A DNA stretch of 63,994 nucleotides, filler included, from Circinaria calcarea (taxonomy: Eukaryota): assembly GCA_051942165.1 (NCBI GenBank). It is 5 parts of 5 records of this genome, joined end to end, with 100 filler letters (N's around TTAATTAATTAA, not from the genome) between each part and the next. Parts side by side here need not be neighbours in the genome. Positions count along the whole stretch, not along the records: positions 1 to 13,024 come from JAVECS010000528.1; positions 13,125 to 26,147 come from JAVECS010000529.1; 3 more parts are not named here. The stretch is one strand, 5' to 3'. This document shows, piece after piece, positions 10,994 through 24,838 of the stretch. Under the pieces are notes generated by a model that was given only the letters and a program-made list of their open reading frames with translations, was not told where the DNA came from and did not search any database. The translations under genes and the position numbers were made by a program. Numbering within the stretch: position 1 is the stretch's first letter; each line of letters opens with the position of its first letter.

Positions 10994-13024
10994 ATGGATT
11001 ACCAACCCACTCAGCCCCGCTTGCATCAAAAGCTTCTTGTGGGTACTTCACAAGGGAGCAAAACTGACTTACCTCCCCCACAATGGATCCGCGAAGAACT
11101 CGAACGATTCGGAGCAATCAACACGGAGAGCAAATGGTTTGCAGACCTTGAAGGTACCGTTCACCCTCTTTACCATAAAGAGCGTTGGGCAAATGTCGAA
11201 GTCGAGCGTCATGCAGCTCTTCGGCAAAGCTTTTTGCTCAGTACCAAATTGCTCGAAGTCGCCGGTGTTTTCCTGTGTAACTTCCTCCCGCCAGACCATT
11301 TCGACCTTTACCTAGACGAGGAAAGTGGCCGTTTGCCAATCACGGAAGAAAACTACGCGCATATGATCGCCAGAGCTATGGCAGAGCTGGAGGCAATAAG
11401 CAAAGATATGCAGTGGGACGAAGACCCGGACATGTGGGCAGATAAACACCACGTCGGTGGTCGGATGGCGGGTTTAACTCATCTAAGACTAGAAGACCCA
11501 GGGTTAGGAAGTGAATACGGTATAGAGCAGCCAGAACAATGGTACGACGAAGATGAGCGTGCCAAAGAGGCTGGCGAGAAGTACCGGCGGATGACCATAA
11601 CTATCGCCAGTCAATACATCGATGCTATTCTAAATTCGGCTGAAGGTAGCGCTGAGCGTCTGACAGCGGTCTTTATGGCGGCAATCACCATGACTCACGA
11701 AATAGCCCATTTTATCTTTTTCAGCTACATCGATCGCCGGATTGAATATTTCTGGGCTGGAAACGACATAAGAGCGGAAATTGGTTTTTCTTTCATTGCT
11801 TGGCTGTTTGACGGTTGGTTCCCAGAGGTCAACCATCTTGGCAACGATGCGGACTACTACGCCTTCAAGTGTGGATTACACTGGTCGAAGATGTGGCGCC
11901 AACCCATCAAGCATCCCAGAGCCGAGATATTTTACTCGATACCATTGATTCATATTCAGAGGATCTTGTCTCAACAAGAGTGGTCCAACTTTCAGGACTT
12001 ACGCAGTGATTCGCTTGCAGTCAGACATCGGTTACTCCGTCCCAAAATCCCTTTCGCAATTGGAAAACATGCGAGAAGAGGTCGTCTGTTGCACAAGAAT
12101 TGCTGGAACTGGGACAGGGAATACGAGGGCTTCCAAGAATTGAGCGAAGATGATTCGGAAGACGAAGATTCCTATCCTGAAAGAGCTCACGTTGACGAGG
12201 ATTGGAACGATAAGTACGAGTCAGGTGAGCCCTTTTAAGTATAATTTTTCTGTTGCTACTCTAACACTTTCCTCTTCCAGCAGACGACCAGCCACGTATG
12301 TTTTATCTACCCAATATATGCGGAGTATTTGCTAATATTAATTCTAGCGTCAATTCCCAAAGGAGGCAGCCATAAAGGAGGCAATGATAAAGGAGGCAAC
12401 GGTAATGGAGGTAGCGGTAATGGAGGTAATGGTTCAAATGGAAGTAAACCTCCTACCGGAGGAAAAAGGCCGTCCGAATCACCAACAGCCGGAAAGAAGA
12501 GGAAATGGTGGAATGATGGTAACGGTGACGGTGGCAAACATCCAAAGAAGAAACAAACAGGCCTTCCTCGATCCGAAAAGCTCCTCAAGAAAGAGGGTCT
12601 CCTCGCACAACTCGATATCGAACTGAACGTGGAACACCAGAACCAAATCCAGGCGCTCACACCATTCCCACCCTGGGTAACCGACGGACGAAACGAACAG
12701 CTCGATGAAAGACAGGAAATGATAATCGTCGCGCATCGCCGCCTTTCTAGTCTCAGCATTCTAGTTACCAAACAGGCCGATCAGGCGGCAGCCCTCGCCA
12801 ACAGCGCGGGGGAGCCAGCGTCATTTTCATACGGCCTCTCTACCGCTCTGCAAGAGAACCTCCTCGACCTCAGCACCTTGTTCACCGAAGCCGCTGCCCA
12901 AGTCACAGCCGCGGAACTTTTCCAAACCCCGTCCTGGACCCCAGACGAGCGATACGACAATGCCGACGCGCGATTCAAGGCCGAAGCTCGCATTCGCCGT
13001 GGCTTCAATGGTCTCGTACATCGG
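10994..13024 (+). CDS. Uncharacterised protein with HExxH motif and Gly/Asn-rich linker, 3'-truncated at spacer
   Basis: 414-codon ORF with THEIAH...AEIGF. Introns 12225-12280 and 12296-12347 join it in frame, via a 15-nt exon, to the 12329 ORF. Confidence 0.7.
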
Positions 13025-13124
13025 NNNNNNNNNNNNNNNNNNNNNNNNNNNNNNNNNNNNNNNNNNNNTTAATTAATTAANNNNNNNNNNNNNNNNNNNN
13101 NNNNNNNNNNNNNNNNNNNNNNNN
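13025..13124. other. Artificial contig spacer
   Basis: N run + TTAATTAATTAA (stops in all six frames) + N run, 100 nt in total. Confidence 0.97.
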
Positions 13125-13847
13125 GTGGGGGGAGGGGAGGGAGGTGTGATAGGAAATCAATCTACAAGCCAAGTTCTTTACATTCGAACGAATTCGGCGC
13201 ACGGTAAAATTGGATAAAGCCTAATTCGATTTTTTTTGCAAGCTATCCACATCCAACCCCCCCCGGGATCCCTCCCAAGGATGGTGTTATTCATCTTTCC
13301 CTTGTGAACGGACGAAAGTGCACATCTCTTCCATCCGAAGCAAGCGAGACCAAACATAGCATGCGGACAAGGGAAAGAAATAAAGGGGCGAGCGAGAATT
13401 CTGTTCCGTTTTGTGGTACAGCGATTCCCAATACGCGTTTTGTTTCTCCTACTCGTGTTCTCCTCACTTGCACTGCACAGAACCCGATCTCGATCGAACG
13501 AGTCATTATTCTTGCAAGTAAAATGGACTGGATGTTCGCGTGCAATAGCCCCTTTTGCCTCTAACACCGAAAAATTGTGCTCTCGATAAAAGATACCGGT
13601 TGATGTCGCGCAAACGCCTGTAATGAAAGTGGAATAAGGAAAATGCGGTCGTGAAGTATGGTGGATAGTCCTAGGAGATCGTAGAGGATTGGTAAGATGC
13701 CTGGTGAGACATATCCTTGATGAGTCCACAATTATCCATAGACTTGAATACTGTGGATTGCCGAGTATCCAGAAAGGAGTTTAGAGCCATAGGGTGAGTG
13801 ACTGGTTAGGGAAGATTGCAAACAAAGACGATGATAGTGGACGATGA

Positions 13848-15589
13848 CTATCGACGACTGGCATCAAGGACCTTGGAAGCGTGTGAGGATTTTGCTTCCA
13901 AGTTGCTGTCGATGTAGAGGGAGTGATACTTCTTGGCCCATTGACGAGTAAGAATGGAAGCTGGTACAACATCAGTATTCTGCAATCTCACGTGGCAACA
14001 AAGTTGCAGCTTACCTTTGAGAAACTTCTTGCTAGCATACTTCTTGAAGAACGCTTCGGCAGTAACAGGGCGGTGTAAGAAGTCTATCATGAGCTTAAAC
14101 ACAGGCTGGATCTCTTCCTCAGTATAACCTGCATAGTGCGCCAAAGTTGCGTCCTGCAAACGTTAGATTGAGTAACATGTTAACGAAAGTGATAACTTAC
14201 CCATTCGCCTCTCTCCAAGATTAGTCGCGCCAAGTACATGGAAGCGGCAGCAATGTGACTTGGGTTATACTCGAGGAATCTGTGGTCGACCAAACTGATC
14301 TCTAGAAAGTACTTGCCTAGTGTACGAGTTTGAATTTCATAGCTATCGGCCTTGGAGATTCTTCGAAGGAAATTCATCGGATTGGGATAACTTAGGTCGT
14401 AGTTCAGAGCACCTAAGACGAATCGTTCGGCTGCAAGGATCTCAGCTTCCGTGAAACCGTCGTCTGCAACGTGTCTGAAGTTCTGCACATGAGGTGAAAG
14501 GACTTCTTCGTATTTCGCCGCAATGAACATGGCAGTGACACCAACGAGCTGCAGCTTATCCAACTGAACAATTTTGGTCGAGAGGAAACGGTCGATGATG
14601 TTGATGGCAAGGAACAGAGTTTCAGGTAGCAGATGGAATCGTTGGTGGACCTCGATTAGCCAGTCAACCAAAACGCCGCGAAGCTTCCACTCGAGATGTT
14701 CTTGATGCTCCATGTAATCAGGATTGGGCATGGTGGATTCTTCAATACTTTTGAGATACTCGAAGATCTCAACCACGTATTCGGCCACCATCAAAGGATC
14801 ATCCAGGTCCTCGATGTCTAAATCAAGAACACCATCCTCGAAGGCTTGCTTCACGTCCTCGATGACCTGCTTGGGCTCTTCTACCTTGACGACTTCTTTC
14901 TTCTCGACGTGGACGCGTTGTTCAACTTCAACGACAAAGCTCTTCTTCTTTGGTGCTTCGCTCTCTTTGGCAGGTGTTGGCTCCTTCACTGACTGCTGAC
15001 TCGCTGAAGCCCCAGAGTTCCGCTTCTTGGCCGCACCACCCATGACACCCGATCCACTCGCTGGCCGTTTCAGATCCTTGGCCGTTGTCTTCTTGTTGTG
15101 GTCTTTGGTACCGAGGATGGAGCGTGATGAGTTCGTTCGCGACAACTTCTGGACACCAGCATTCTGCGTAGTTGCTGTGGTCTTGGACACCAGCGTGGCT
15201 CTTCCCGCATATGCCTTCTTCGCCTCCTTCACATCTGCATTCCCCCCCTTGGTAACGTTACTCTTGTCTCCAAGTGCAGCGCGTTTCTTCAGCGTTGGGG
15301 CGGCATTGGAGTTGAGAGCGGATTTGTTGGTTTGCAGTGGTTTCTTTGCTATGCCGGCGTTGGCCAGATCGTCGGGTTCCGCTAGCGCGGCCGCCTTAGC
15401 CCTGGTCATTCGGATCGTTCCGCCGGTCTCGTCATTCTCTTTATCGACGGCACGCTGCCGCATCGCTTTCACCTGTGTCTGGCGTTAACAACTCGGTTCC
15501 TCATGTTGCACTCCCTCTTTTCTGCGTGGATGGGTTGCAGGACATGCATTGCCGCTAAGAGGTGGGTGAGGTTGACTTACCGGAGGCAT
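13848..15589 (-). CDS. nimE: G2/M B-type cyclin (NimE/Cdc13/Clb-like)
   Basis: Destruction box RAALGDKSN; cyclin box (LRGVLVDWLIEVH, LQLVGVTAMFIAAKYEE); KKYASKKF. First exon MPP, then intron 15473-15580. Confidence 0.93.
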
Positions 15590-16535
15590 GGTGCTGAGCA
15601 ACCAAAGACTTGGGCTTGAATTTTGTAGATAGTGTTTGTATGAATGTAGCAATCACGTCGTATTCCAAACAAATGGCTTGTAAGCTGTAAGGCTAATGCT
15701 CTGCGTTGCCTTATCTATGTTGTTCGGGTGTATGTCCTGGATCCCAATTAGCATCTGCAGCTTAGACGATTGTTTAGTCAACTGTACCACAAAGGTCGTA
15801 AAGTCGTAATTCTACCCAAAGGTCGTGATGCTCTCACAAAGTAACACCAATCTGACCTACTAGGATGGTAGGGTTCAGACACGCCTCTGTTGATACTAGT
15901 CTTCAGAGGCTCAATCGCGTGGACGATGATCTATCTGCGTAAGCGGAAGTGTACGCAGGCGCCACGAAGAGTGTCGAGCTTCAGCAGAGCCGCCGAAAGG
16001 TATACAGCTCGAGGCTGTTGTGTGTATGGGAGACGTGTGTCTTGCAAGGTTAGGTAGACGGCCAGCCAAACGTCACGTACTTGTTTGGCGCTAAGCAGCG
16101 AGAAATGGCGTCAAGGTCGCAGCCGGAGAATTGCAGAGCGCGTTCGCGAGGGTATCTTAGGTAAATGTGCTCGACGGTGAAGATGTGCAAAGGTGCATCT
16201 AAAAGGTACTCCTAGGTGATGCTGTTGCGGGGCGATGTTTTGCTTTGACAGAGCAAATGCCGGGAGGAGATGTGCCAAAACTGCGAAGCGTGTGCACCGA
16301 TCTTGTCTTTTTCCCGTTCTCCATCAACAAAGCTAAAAGCTAAAATAGGTTCCGCGGCAACACGTCGGAGCGGGTGAAGGTGTGTCCGTAGCAGCGTGAT
16401 TTGGTGTGAATCCAAACCTGCCGATAGGGCTGGTATCCGAATGAGGTTGCTTCATGTCTACTTCGTACCTCAGGAAAGCTTCCGTTGATGGAGTGATATC
16501 CAGCACAGTGCAGATCGGTGTCGGTCCCACTTGCC

Positions 16536-17703
16536 ATGATGTTGCAGCCTCGAGTATGTGCACGGGGACTGCAATGGCAGCGGCAATGTCTGAAATCTCT
16601 CCGTCATAGATCCTATGCAACTGCAGTTGTACCGTCTTCTGGGCCCAGCCTTGCCGAGCCTCCCTCGTTGAAAGATGAACAGACTCCTGCTTCATTGATG
16701 CGCACATACAAACCTCGGACGCCTGGTGTACGACATCTTCGCCGTCCAATCAATGATCATCTATGGAAAGGTCGACCGCATAAGCCGTTGACGTTTCCAA
16801 GAAAAGGTCACGGCATCGGCGGGCGAAACAATAGTGGAAGAATTATGGTCAGACACCGAGGAGGGGGCCACAAACGAAGGATTCGAATTGTCGACTTTGA
16901 TCGCATGGAAAGTGGCAGACACGTGGTCGAAAGGATCGAACATGATCCAGGTCGGAGCGCTCACATCGCCCTCTTGACGCATAAGGACACCCAGGAGAAA
17001 ACATACATTGTTGCCTCCGAAGGTATGCGAGCAGGTGACCAAATACAGAGCTATCGCAAAGGGATACCCGCCAAGCTTCTACAGAGCATGGGAGGAGTGA
17101 AAGACATGGGAATGATCGCAGCAAAAACGGCATGGAGGGGAAATTGTTTGCCACTACACATGATACCTGTGGGAACGCTCGTCTACAACGTTGGCCTTCG
17201 AAGAGGCAAAGGAGGACAACTGTGCAGAAGTGCCGGTACATATGCACAAATTGTTGGAAGCAACAATCTAGACGACGAATTAAGCCCGGACGTTCAAGTC
17301 AGGCTGCAGAGTGGTGAAGTCAGGAAGATACCCAGAGACGCGTGTGCGACAATTGGAATAGCAAGCAATGCCAATCACTATAAGCGGCAGCTTGGTAAGG
17401 CTGGCCGAAGCAGATGGTTGGGCATTCGGCCTACTGTGAGAGGATTGGCCATGAATGCATCGGATCATGCCCATGGTGGAGGGCGTGGGAAGTCAAAGGG
17501 AAATGTGCATCCCGTCAGTATATGGGGTACTCCAGTAAGCATATCTTCATCCTCTTCGTTACCTTGCACCTTTGCTAATAGCATAAAAGGCCAAAGGTGG
17601 ATTTAAGACTCGCAAGAAATCGAAAGTCAACAAAGCTGTTGTGGTACCTCGGGTTCGTAACCAGGGAAAGAGGAAGAGGGACCAATCCGGCGGTAAGCGG
17701 TAA
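16536..17703 (+). CDS. RML2: Mitochondrial ribosomal protein uL2m
   Basis: Basic presequence; GGRNNSGRIMVRHRGGGHKR, EHDPGRSAHIAL, RPTVRGLAMN..DHAHGGG; intron ~17535-17589; last exon AKGGFKTRK. Confidence 0.92.
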
Positions 17704-18585
17704 TCGCCGTGGCGGAATCTGCATGTATCACGTTAGAGGATATGGACTCGGGGGTAAATCCCCTCCAGAAGGCTTCCTTTATAATTACACTATGCAAGTC
17801 TACCGACTCATATAGTTCCGAATCAGTATACTATGTACACGAGCATTGGGATTTCAAATAGAAGCCGGCCAAGTGATCAAGCATCATTGAACACCATCAA
17901 GAATGTCTCCTTTTGAATCTACCCTCTTTGTAACGAGCTCCAATGCTCCGGCTGGCCACGGCCCATCAGCCTTTCTGCTTTGACCGCTATGTCAATCGGC
18001 ATTCTTGCCTCGTCACCGCCGTCACGAACACGATGGTTGTCATTCCACATGGCGCCATGAGATTAGTAATAACCCTAAACACCCTGACGTATCGCTTCAT
18101 AAGCCTCAACCCCTCCGATGCGCTCGATATGCTGCAAAGGGCGGAGACGTAATGACTAACTCCGAGCTCTCGAAGTAGGTAAGATGTCTAATTCGGACAT
18201 GCCTAATGCAAATCATTGGATGATTTTGGACCGCTCCTTCGCCTAGTGTAGCGAATAGGAGTCGGCGTTGAACTCTCTCCGGATATCAGGCTACCAAACC
18301 CCATGGGATAAATCATATTGGCGGGTCTGGTGCATCCGAAAACCATCTGTCAAGTCTACGAGTTCAATGATGCAGATAATGGTTCTTCATCGTACTAACT
18401 GTTCACCGACTAGCCCTTGAGATAAGGAGACGTCCGACCCCATGTCGCATGATCATCCCGATCAGCCGCGTGCCTCGCGTGGCTGCAGGCATTAAGACAA
18501 TTTGGAGATGAAATGGCCCCCAGCGTTGTGCTTAGTGAGCGGCGTGAGCGATGGATCGAGAGAACGTGGCCTTCCCGAGTAGAAT

Positions 18586-18620
18586 AGTCTGGAGTCTGGA
18601 GTCTGGAGTCTGGCATCTGG
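18586..18620. repeat. 7-bp tandem repeat (AGTCTGG)x4 plus one degenerate copy
   Basis: Read directly; lies about 400 bp upstream of the Zn2Cys6 gene. Confidence 0.9.
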
Positions 18621-19003
18621 AGAATAGGAAAGGAGGAAAGGAGGAGAAGAAGAATAGGGATGACTCTATGCTACACTCTTTCGCATCCGGACATTCCCTC
18701 GTTATATTCTAGCAGCTGGAACTCTCGAGTTACCATACTCGAATACTACAGCGTGGGGGCCTTGGGGCTGACCAATCTTTCCCTACCCTTGCAACACCAC
18801 GTCTGCGGGAGCTTCTGTCGCTGTTGGTTGTGCGTATATCCATGCGGCGTCGTTCACTCAACGGTTCAGCTGATAATTAGCGTAGGGGGTTCCCCAGATC
18901 GTTGGCCTCCTCTTGATGGCGTGGATACTTCGTAGCTCTTGTGAAAATCGTCTTCTACACTATTTGCCGGGAGCGAGATTGCCGAAACTAAGCAGTGAAT
19001 ACA

Positions 19004-21999
19004 ATGCCGTCCAATAACAGCGATGCCCAGGGCAATAACTATTTCAACGACCTTTCACGCCAGCCAAGTCACCGCTCCAGTCGCTCCGACAGTCCTCCAG
19101 ACCCAGCAGGCACAAGGGAAGGGAGTTGGATTCCAAGGCCGAAACGGATAGCCTGCATCATATGTCGGAAGCGCAAGCTCAAGTGCGATGGAAGCAAACC
19201 GAGTTGTGGGACGTGCAAGAGATTGGGCCATGAGTGTGCCTATGATGAGGTGCGACGTAAAAGCGGACCGAAAAGGGGTTATGTCAAGGAACTGGAGGCC
19301 CGTCTTGGTACATCTTCCTTCACGAGTCCCATTCTGGCACTGTTTCAGATTCGAGCTGACTCTGCTCTCTGAATTATACAGCGCAAGTGGAGACGCAGCT
19401 CAAGTCCAAAGACAGAGGGAAGTCCGCGGCCGTTTCACGGACAGCGTCTTTCGTAATCCCGGGTGAACCATCATTACCTCAACCAAAATTTCAGCTAAAC
19501 AACTTGGATATGGGAGATCATAATATCATGACGGAAATTCTAGGCTTAGGGATGGAGCCGTCTGCCCATCTCTCCGTCCCGAACCTTGCACCCAAAGGCA
19601 ACTTGGATCTGTCATCGGATGGATTTTGTTCACAGGAGATGATCCGGCTGGGCCTCGCCGAGCCTCTACCCCCTCCAGATATGATAGAAAAACTGTAGGT
19701 GTACAGTGTTTTCTCGGCAGGTATCCCACACTGACCACCTAATCCAGACATCAGATCTACTTTGAGAAGATCCATCCTTCGACCCCTATGATGCATAAGT
19801 ATAGGTACCTTGCAGCGATGAACCTGGCTCCCCATATGCGTCCGCCGGTCTGTCTTCGCTACGCCATGTGGGCTCTGGCTTGTACAGTTACCGAGAAGTA
19901 CTTAGGTTATCGGGAAGTGTTCTATCAACGGGCTCGTAGGTATGCTGAAGCGGACGAGATGAAGGGCTATGGAGAGTCTACCATCACTGTGGGTCACGCC
20001 CAGTGCTGGTCGCTTATCTCGACCTACGAGCTCAAGATGCTCTACTTTCCCAGGGCTTGGATGAGTGCAGGTCGGAGTATACGGCTGGTACAAATGCTCG
20101 GACTTCATCGGCTGGATGGCCTTGCCTTGGAAGTGAGGCAGGCTCTACCACCGCCCAAGGACTGGACCGATCGGGAAGAGCGCCGACGGACATTTTGGGT
20201 AGCGTTTTGCGGGGACCGGTATTCCAGCATTGGAACCGGATGGCCGATGGCTATTGACGAGAGAGATGTAACATCACATGATGGGTTGCTCAACGTTTTC
20301 AGACAGACGACTGACAATGGATATAGATCATGACCAATTTGCCTGCTACCGACGACGCATTCGAGCAAAGCAAGCCTCAGCTGACTTTGTCTTTGTCGGA
20401 AGCCATGACTAGCGAAGGAGCAGCCTCGCTTTCATCTCACGCCGGAGTAGTACTCATGGCTTGCCTCTTTGGGCGGAATCTTACTCATCTCCATCGACCT
20501 GATCCAAATGATCGCCCGGAAGATACCTCCAATGGTGAATTCTGGAAGCGACACCGCGCCATGGACACTATTCTCACGAATACCTCACTGTTCCTCCCAG
20601 AGCAATTGAGGCTACCCGCTGGGGTTCGGGATGCCAGCATCGTATTCTTAAACATGAACATACATACCTCGACGATTTGCCTTCACCAGGCCGCGATCTT
20701 GAAGGCCGAGAGACACAGTTCAGATCCCAACTTGGTCAGACAGAGTACCGATAGATGTTTCCTCGCGGCTGGTGAAATTGTTGGTATCATGCGCCTGACT
20801 AGTCACGTGAATATCGGCAATGTATGACACATTGACCTTTCCTACGCGTTTACCATGCTGATAGTGATTAGATGCATCCGTTTATCTCATTCTGCCTCTA
20901 CGTTGCCGGTCGGGTCTACGTACGCGCGTATGAGAAGCAAAGCAACGATCAAGTAACCTATACTAATCTAGAGTTCCTCCTAAATGCAATGCAAGCAATC
21001 AGAAAAAGGAATCCGCTGACGGAGTCTTTCCTTGTTCAATTAATGGTAGATCTTGAAGGTACCGGCTTTGATAATCCTTTGAATAACTCGAGGTTTTCCT
21101 TTAAATTGAAAAAAGGTGCCGTAAGTGCCGTTTATCTTGAATGAAGTAGAGCTTGCCGGTAATGACTGCTAATTCGCATACAGTCTGAGAGGATCCGCGA
21201 GAGAGGGTCTTGTGTGGCCCTGCTTCCTAGCGAAGATGAGGTGAAATGCCAATACCATCTCCCAGCACATGTTGACGTATCGCCACCCACTGCCCAACTC
21301 CACGAAAACTCCCTGGGTACTGGAGTAGGATTGTCTACCCAATACGGGATGTCAACTTTTAGCCTACCCAACAGAGAACAGCCAAGTCCCCAGCATCGCT
21401 ACAATCGGTTCGACGGCGCTCCTACGCAGATGCAGGGCGTCATGCTTGACCAAGGCTGGGGCGAGAACTATTCCACAGCGCCTAATATCGACAACTCGAA
21501 TAGCTCTCATGTGAACCAGGCAATTGACACCGACATGTCTTCCGAACAAATGAGCGAGCGTCAGAACTCCTTCCTCTCCGACCATCAGACTCCATTGAAT
21601 TCCCAACAACCATCTTCCAATACCTCCTCCTACTCGCCTCCTACTGTAGACGGCTCCGACCTTTCCTCTCAGCCAACCATCACTACCAATGGACACCCGA
21701 TTGCCTTCCTCGGATCCCCCAACCAATTTCCCAGTTTTACTCCAGCACCAAAAACCCAGTTCCCTCATAATCCCAACAGCCCGGACACGCAAGATTCGAC
21801 CGGGTTTATCCTTCCCACGGACTGGGAACTTGGTGACGACGGGGCTGTGCATACCCATTCAGGAGCGCTTACCGACTTCAGTCCGCTGGGAGAGTCGAGC
21901 TGGACACAGATACTGGAGGGGATGGGCTGGGACGGAAATACTCTCGGTGCGGGAGGAGAGATTCCGTGGAGAGCGGAGACGGATGGGAGTACGGTTTAG
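19004..21999 (+). CDS. Zn(II)2Cys6 transcription factor with fungal-specific TF domain, about 6 exons
   Basis: CIICRKRKLKCDGSKPSCGTCKRLGHEC; middle homology region with EERRRTFW; five GT-AG introns with CTRAY-like branch sites. Confidence 0.92.
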
Positions 22000-24838
22000 G
22001 TTTGGAGCTCAGTGATAGAGTAAAAGTAAGGAGGGCTAGGAACTTTTAAAGGAAATGAATAAGGCAAGGGTGGAATTCGAAAAATCGGGTGTTGGTAGCA
22101 TATTTCGGAGGCTTAACTTGTTTGGAGGTGGGTTAAAAGCAGAGTATATCCAATAAGCGTGTAGGGGGGTTCTCTTTCTCACAAGGCCATATATATATAT
22201 AAGCACAGATGACGGAATGTCTTACCAAATACTCTTCTTAATCTTCCACGGCAAGAGGATCGGGAGCTAGCAATTGAGTAGATGGAAGTGCATCCCCTAA
22301 GGTCAGGTTTGCGCCGAGCTTTTTCGCGGCGTCTTTGCCTGTACGAGACTCCAATCATACCAAGCGTTGTTATGTCCATATTCAGACAAAACGTCACGAT
22401 TCCATGACGCCAACCTGCAGTATATCATTACCTTTTGGAGAAAAAGGCATGCTAGTTGAAAGAGTATCTTATAGAAGATGGAGTTTGGCGATTGTAGCCC
22501 GTGATATTACCAGACATAAGGCGGCATTGCCTATCAAAATTGCAGCAGAGAATACGGGTGGTAGGCTTGGTATAAGAAACCGGGATTCAGGTCCCTATTA
22601 TCCCGTTATGAATGATAGACCTGAAGTGATTAGGCTGTGCAGCTGGATATGTAAACGCTCGGATAGTCCTGATAGTAATAGCAATAGCTAGCAAAAGCGT
22701 AACTTAGCCATGAGTTCAACCCAGCGTGGTATTACAGTCTTGCAGAGGCATCCCATCTCGTCGTGAGCCTTGCGGCACTTAGCATTGTGAGGATGATAAT
22801 AATTAGATTAGAAATTATATCGGCTACTGTTGTTGCTCTACCTTGAGGCAATAATAATAGGGCAGTTCATATTGAACAAGGGAACTAAAGTCAAAGGAGT
22901 GGGTATTAGACATGCTGATGTTGGATGAAGCAGTGTGTTTGTAGCACAAATGCATGCCAAGACTTATCGGAAGAACGTTTTGTCCGGAGATCCGCAAGCT
23001 TACAATAGGCTCATCGATCACCGGCTTTAATAGACGACAAACTCCGTTCGGACATAAACTAAGTACGAACATATCCAAGTTGAGTGATGGGGTATAAAGC
23101 CGCTCGTAGTGCCTCTCCAGGCACTAGTCATAAGCGACCATGTATTCAGAAATCATTCTCGAGACGTTCGACTCTTGTCTGGCGCAGCAGACCTCCCCGA
23201 GCCCTCCAAACGGAGTCGCGTCTAATCCTATTCACATGAGGCAACAGAGGTGAGTGAGAATTCCTAGAATCAATTGTACTCTGCTTGATGTTAGACATGC
23301 GGGGGTAAAGAGGAGAAAGAGGTGTACATGGCCAAAGCTTTACACTCTTATGTATTGCTTATAATCCATCTCTATATGTTGATATCTGCACATTTTGCGT
23401 TGAAGTAACTAACAAGTTCAATGCAGACATTGGCTTTTCAATCCTGTTAATGCGCGCTCTAGGCCCTCCGTCAAATTATTGCCTTCTTGGCATACTGGAC
23501 GCAGCAGACAACGAGGGGCTGTTAGAACTGCGAATGCTGGGCGTGATTTCAGACGTGAACCGCCATGTCACTAGTCTTGGTTAAGAGCCCGCAAGGCTCA
23601 ATGGTGAGTAATACCGACAATCCACACTGAGGATGCTTTCTAGCTGTACACGAACAAAGTTAACATGGTCAGAGTACGCATCAGCAAACGGAATAGCTGT
23701 ATACAGCCTTTGAAGCTACAACGATATCTCCAGCACCGGCACCGGTAGCGGGACCACGTCCATTGCTTTTACGATGTCTACGTTCTTGGCTGTTATGAGA
23801 GCAACCTCGAGATCTCACGTGTTATTGACAACTCCTCGGCCGGGTCTTGCTATTCTTTTGATCACTGCAAAAGTTTCGCTTGCTAGAACGGTTGTCTAAT
23901 ATAGCGACATCAGATTACCTCGACAGTATTCACTATTTGAAGATGGAGTCGGACGTTAGGATATACGGCGCGAAGCCTTTGGTTCCAAGACGGTATGTTC
24001 TAGATAGGCGAAGCAGGTGAAAAGTCCGCTAGATTGAGGGGGGGTATGGCTGTGTAGGCATGATAGCCGGGCCATGACGGTTGAAAGGACGCCAGGAAGC
24101 CAAAACTGTATATAGGCAGTGCTAGACGGAAGAGCAATCTCCGACGGGTCCATTAATTTACAGTATCTGATTCATCGCGTTCAGGCTACACCATGTTGTC
24201 TTGCGTTGTTCCTGTGAATTATTCCGTCCACAAATACAGCTTTCGGCATATACTTCTCAGTTTGCATATAGTCTCCAAACACTTGGCCGAGATATCAAGC
24301 CTGCATACAGCAACTTATAGTCTCGTCCATCCATGATTTTGCTGCTAATCAGAAGCGTGTTATATTGCTCTGCAGGATAACTCGTCTCCAGCCGTAGCCA
24401 GACCTATATGCCTCATTCCTTATTGATCACTCACGGGAGCTTACTTTCTTGGAACTCATAGGTTCTACTTTGGCAACATTGTTATTGTCTTAGGTGATTA
24501 TTGGACAACAACATGTTCCCCGGTATGAGTAGCGGTTCGTAGAGTAATATGGGCCCTCGTAGCATACTATCAAATTATGACCCTAGACTTTGTACCGTAG
24601 TAAGGTATGAATCCACAAGGCCTTGGAGTCCTCTTTACTAACCTGAGGAACGAAGCCCATCGGGGTTGAAGACTTGCCGTCTGGACCAAGATCCATTTTC
24701 CTTTTCGCGAGCCGGTCATTGCGTAGTAATTTGATTTCGGGGACTATCGAGTACAAGTTCCACAGTTTCTTTCAATTTGTCCAAGATTACAAAGGTGCCC
24801 GGGTACCTGACACATCTTTGGATGCTTGGAGAGGAATT

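Noticed and set aside
13069..13080. Palindromic TTAATTAATTAA repeated four times at ~13-kb spacing
   Set aside because: Always centred in a 100-nt N spacer. It is an assembly linker, not a biological repeat or target-site duplication.
22200..24700. 2.5-kb gene-poor stretch with scattered splice-like signals
   Set aside because: I could not build a coherent gene, transposon or RNA model; blastx and RNA-seq are needed.
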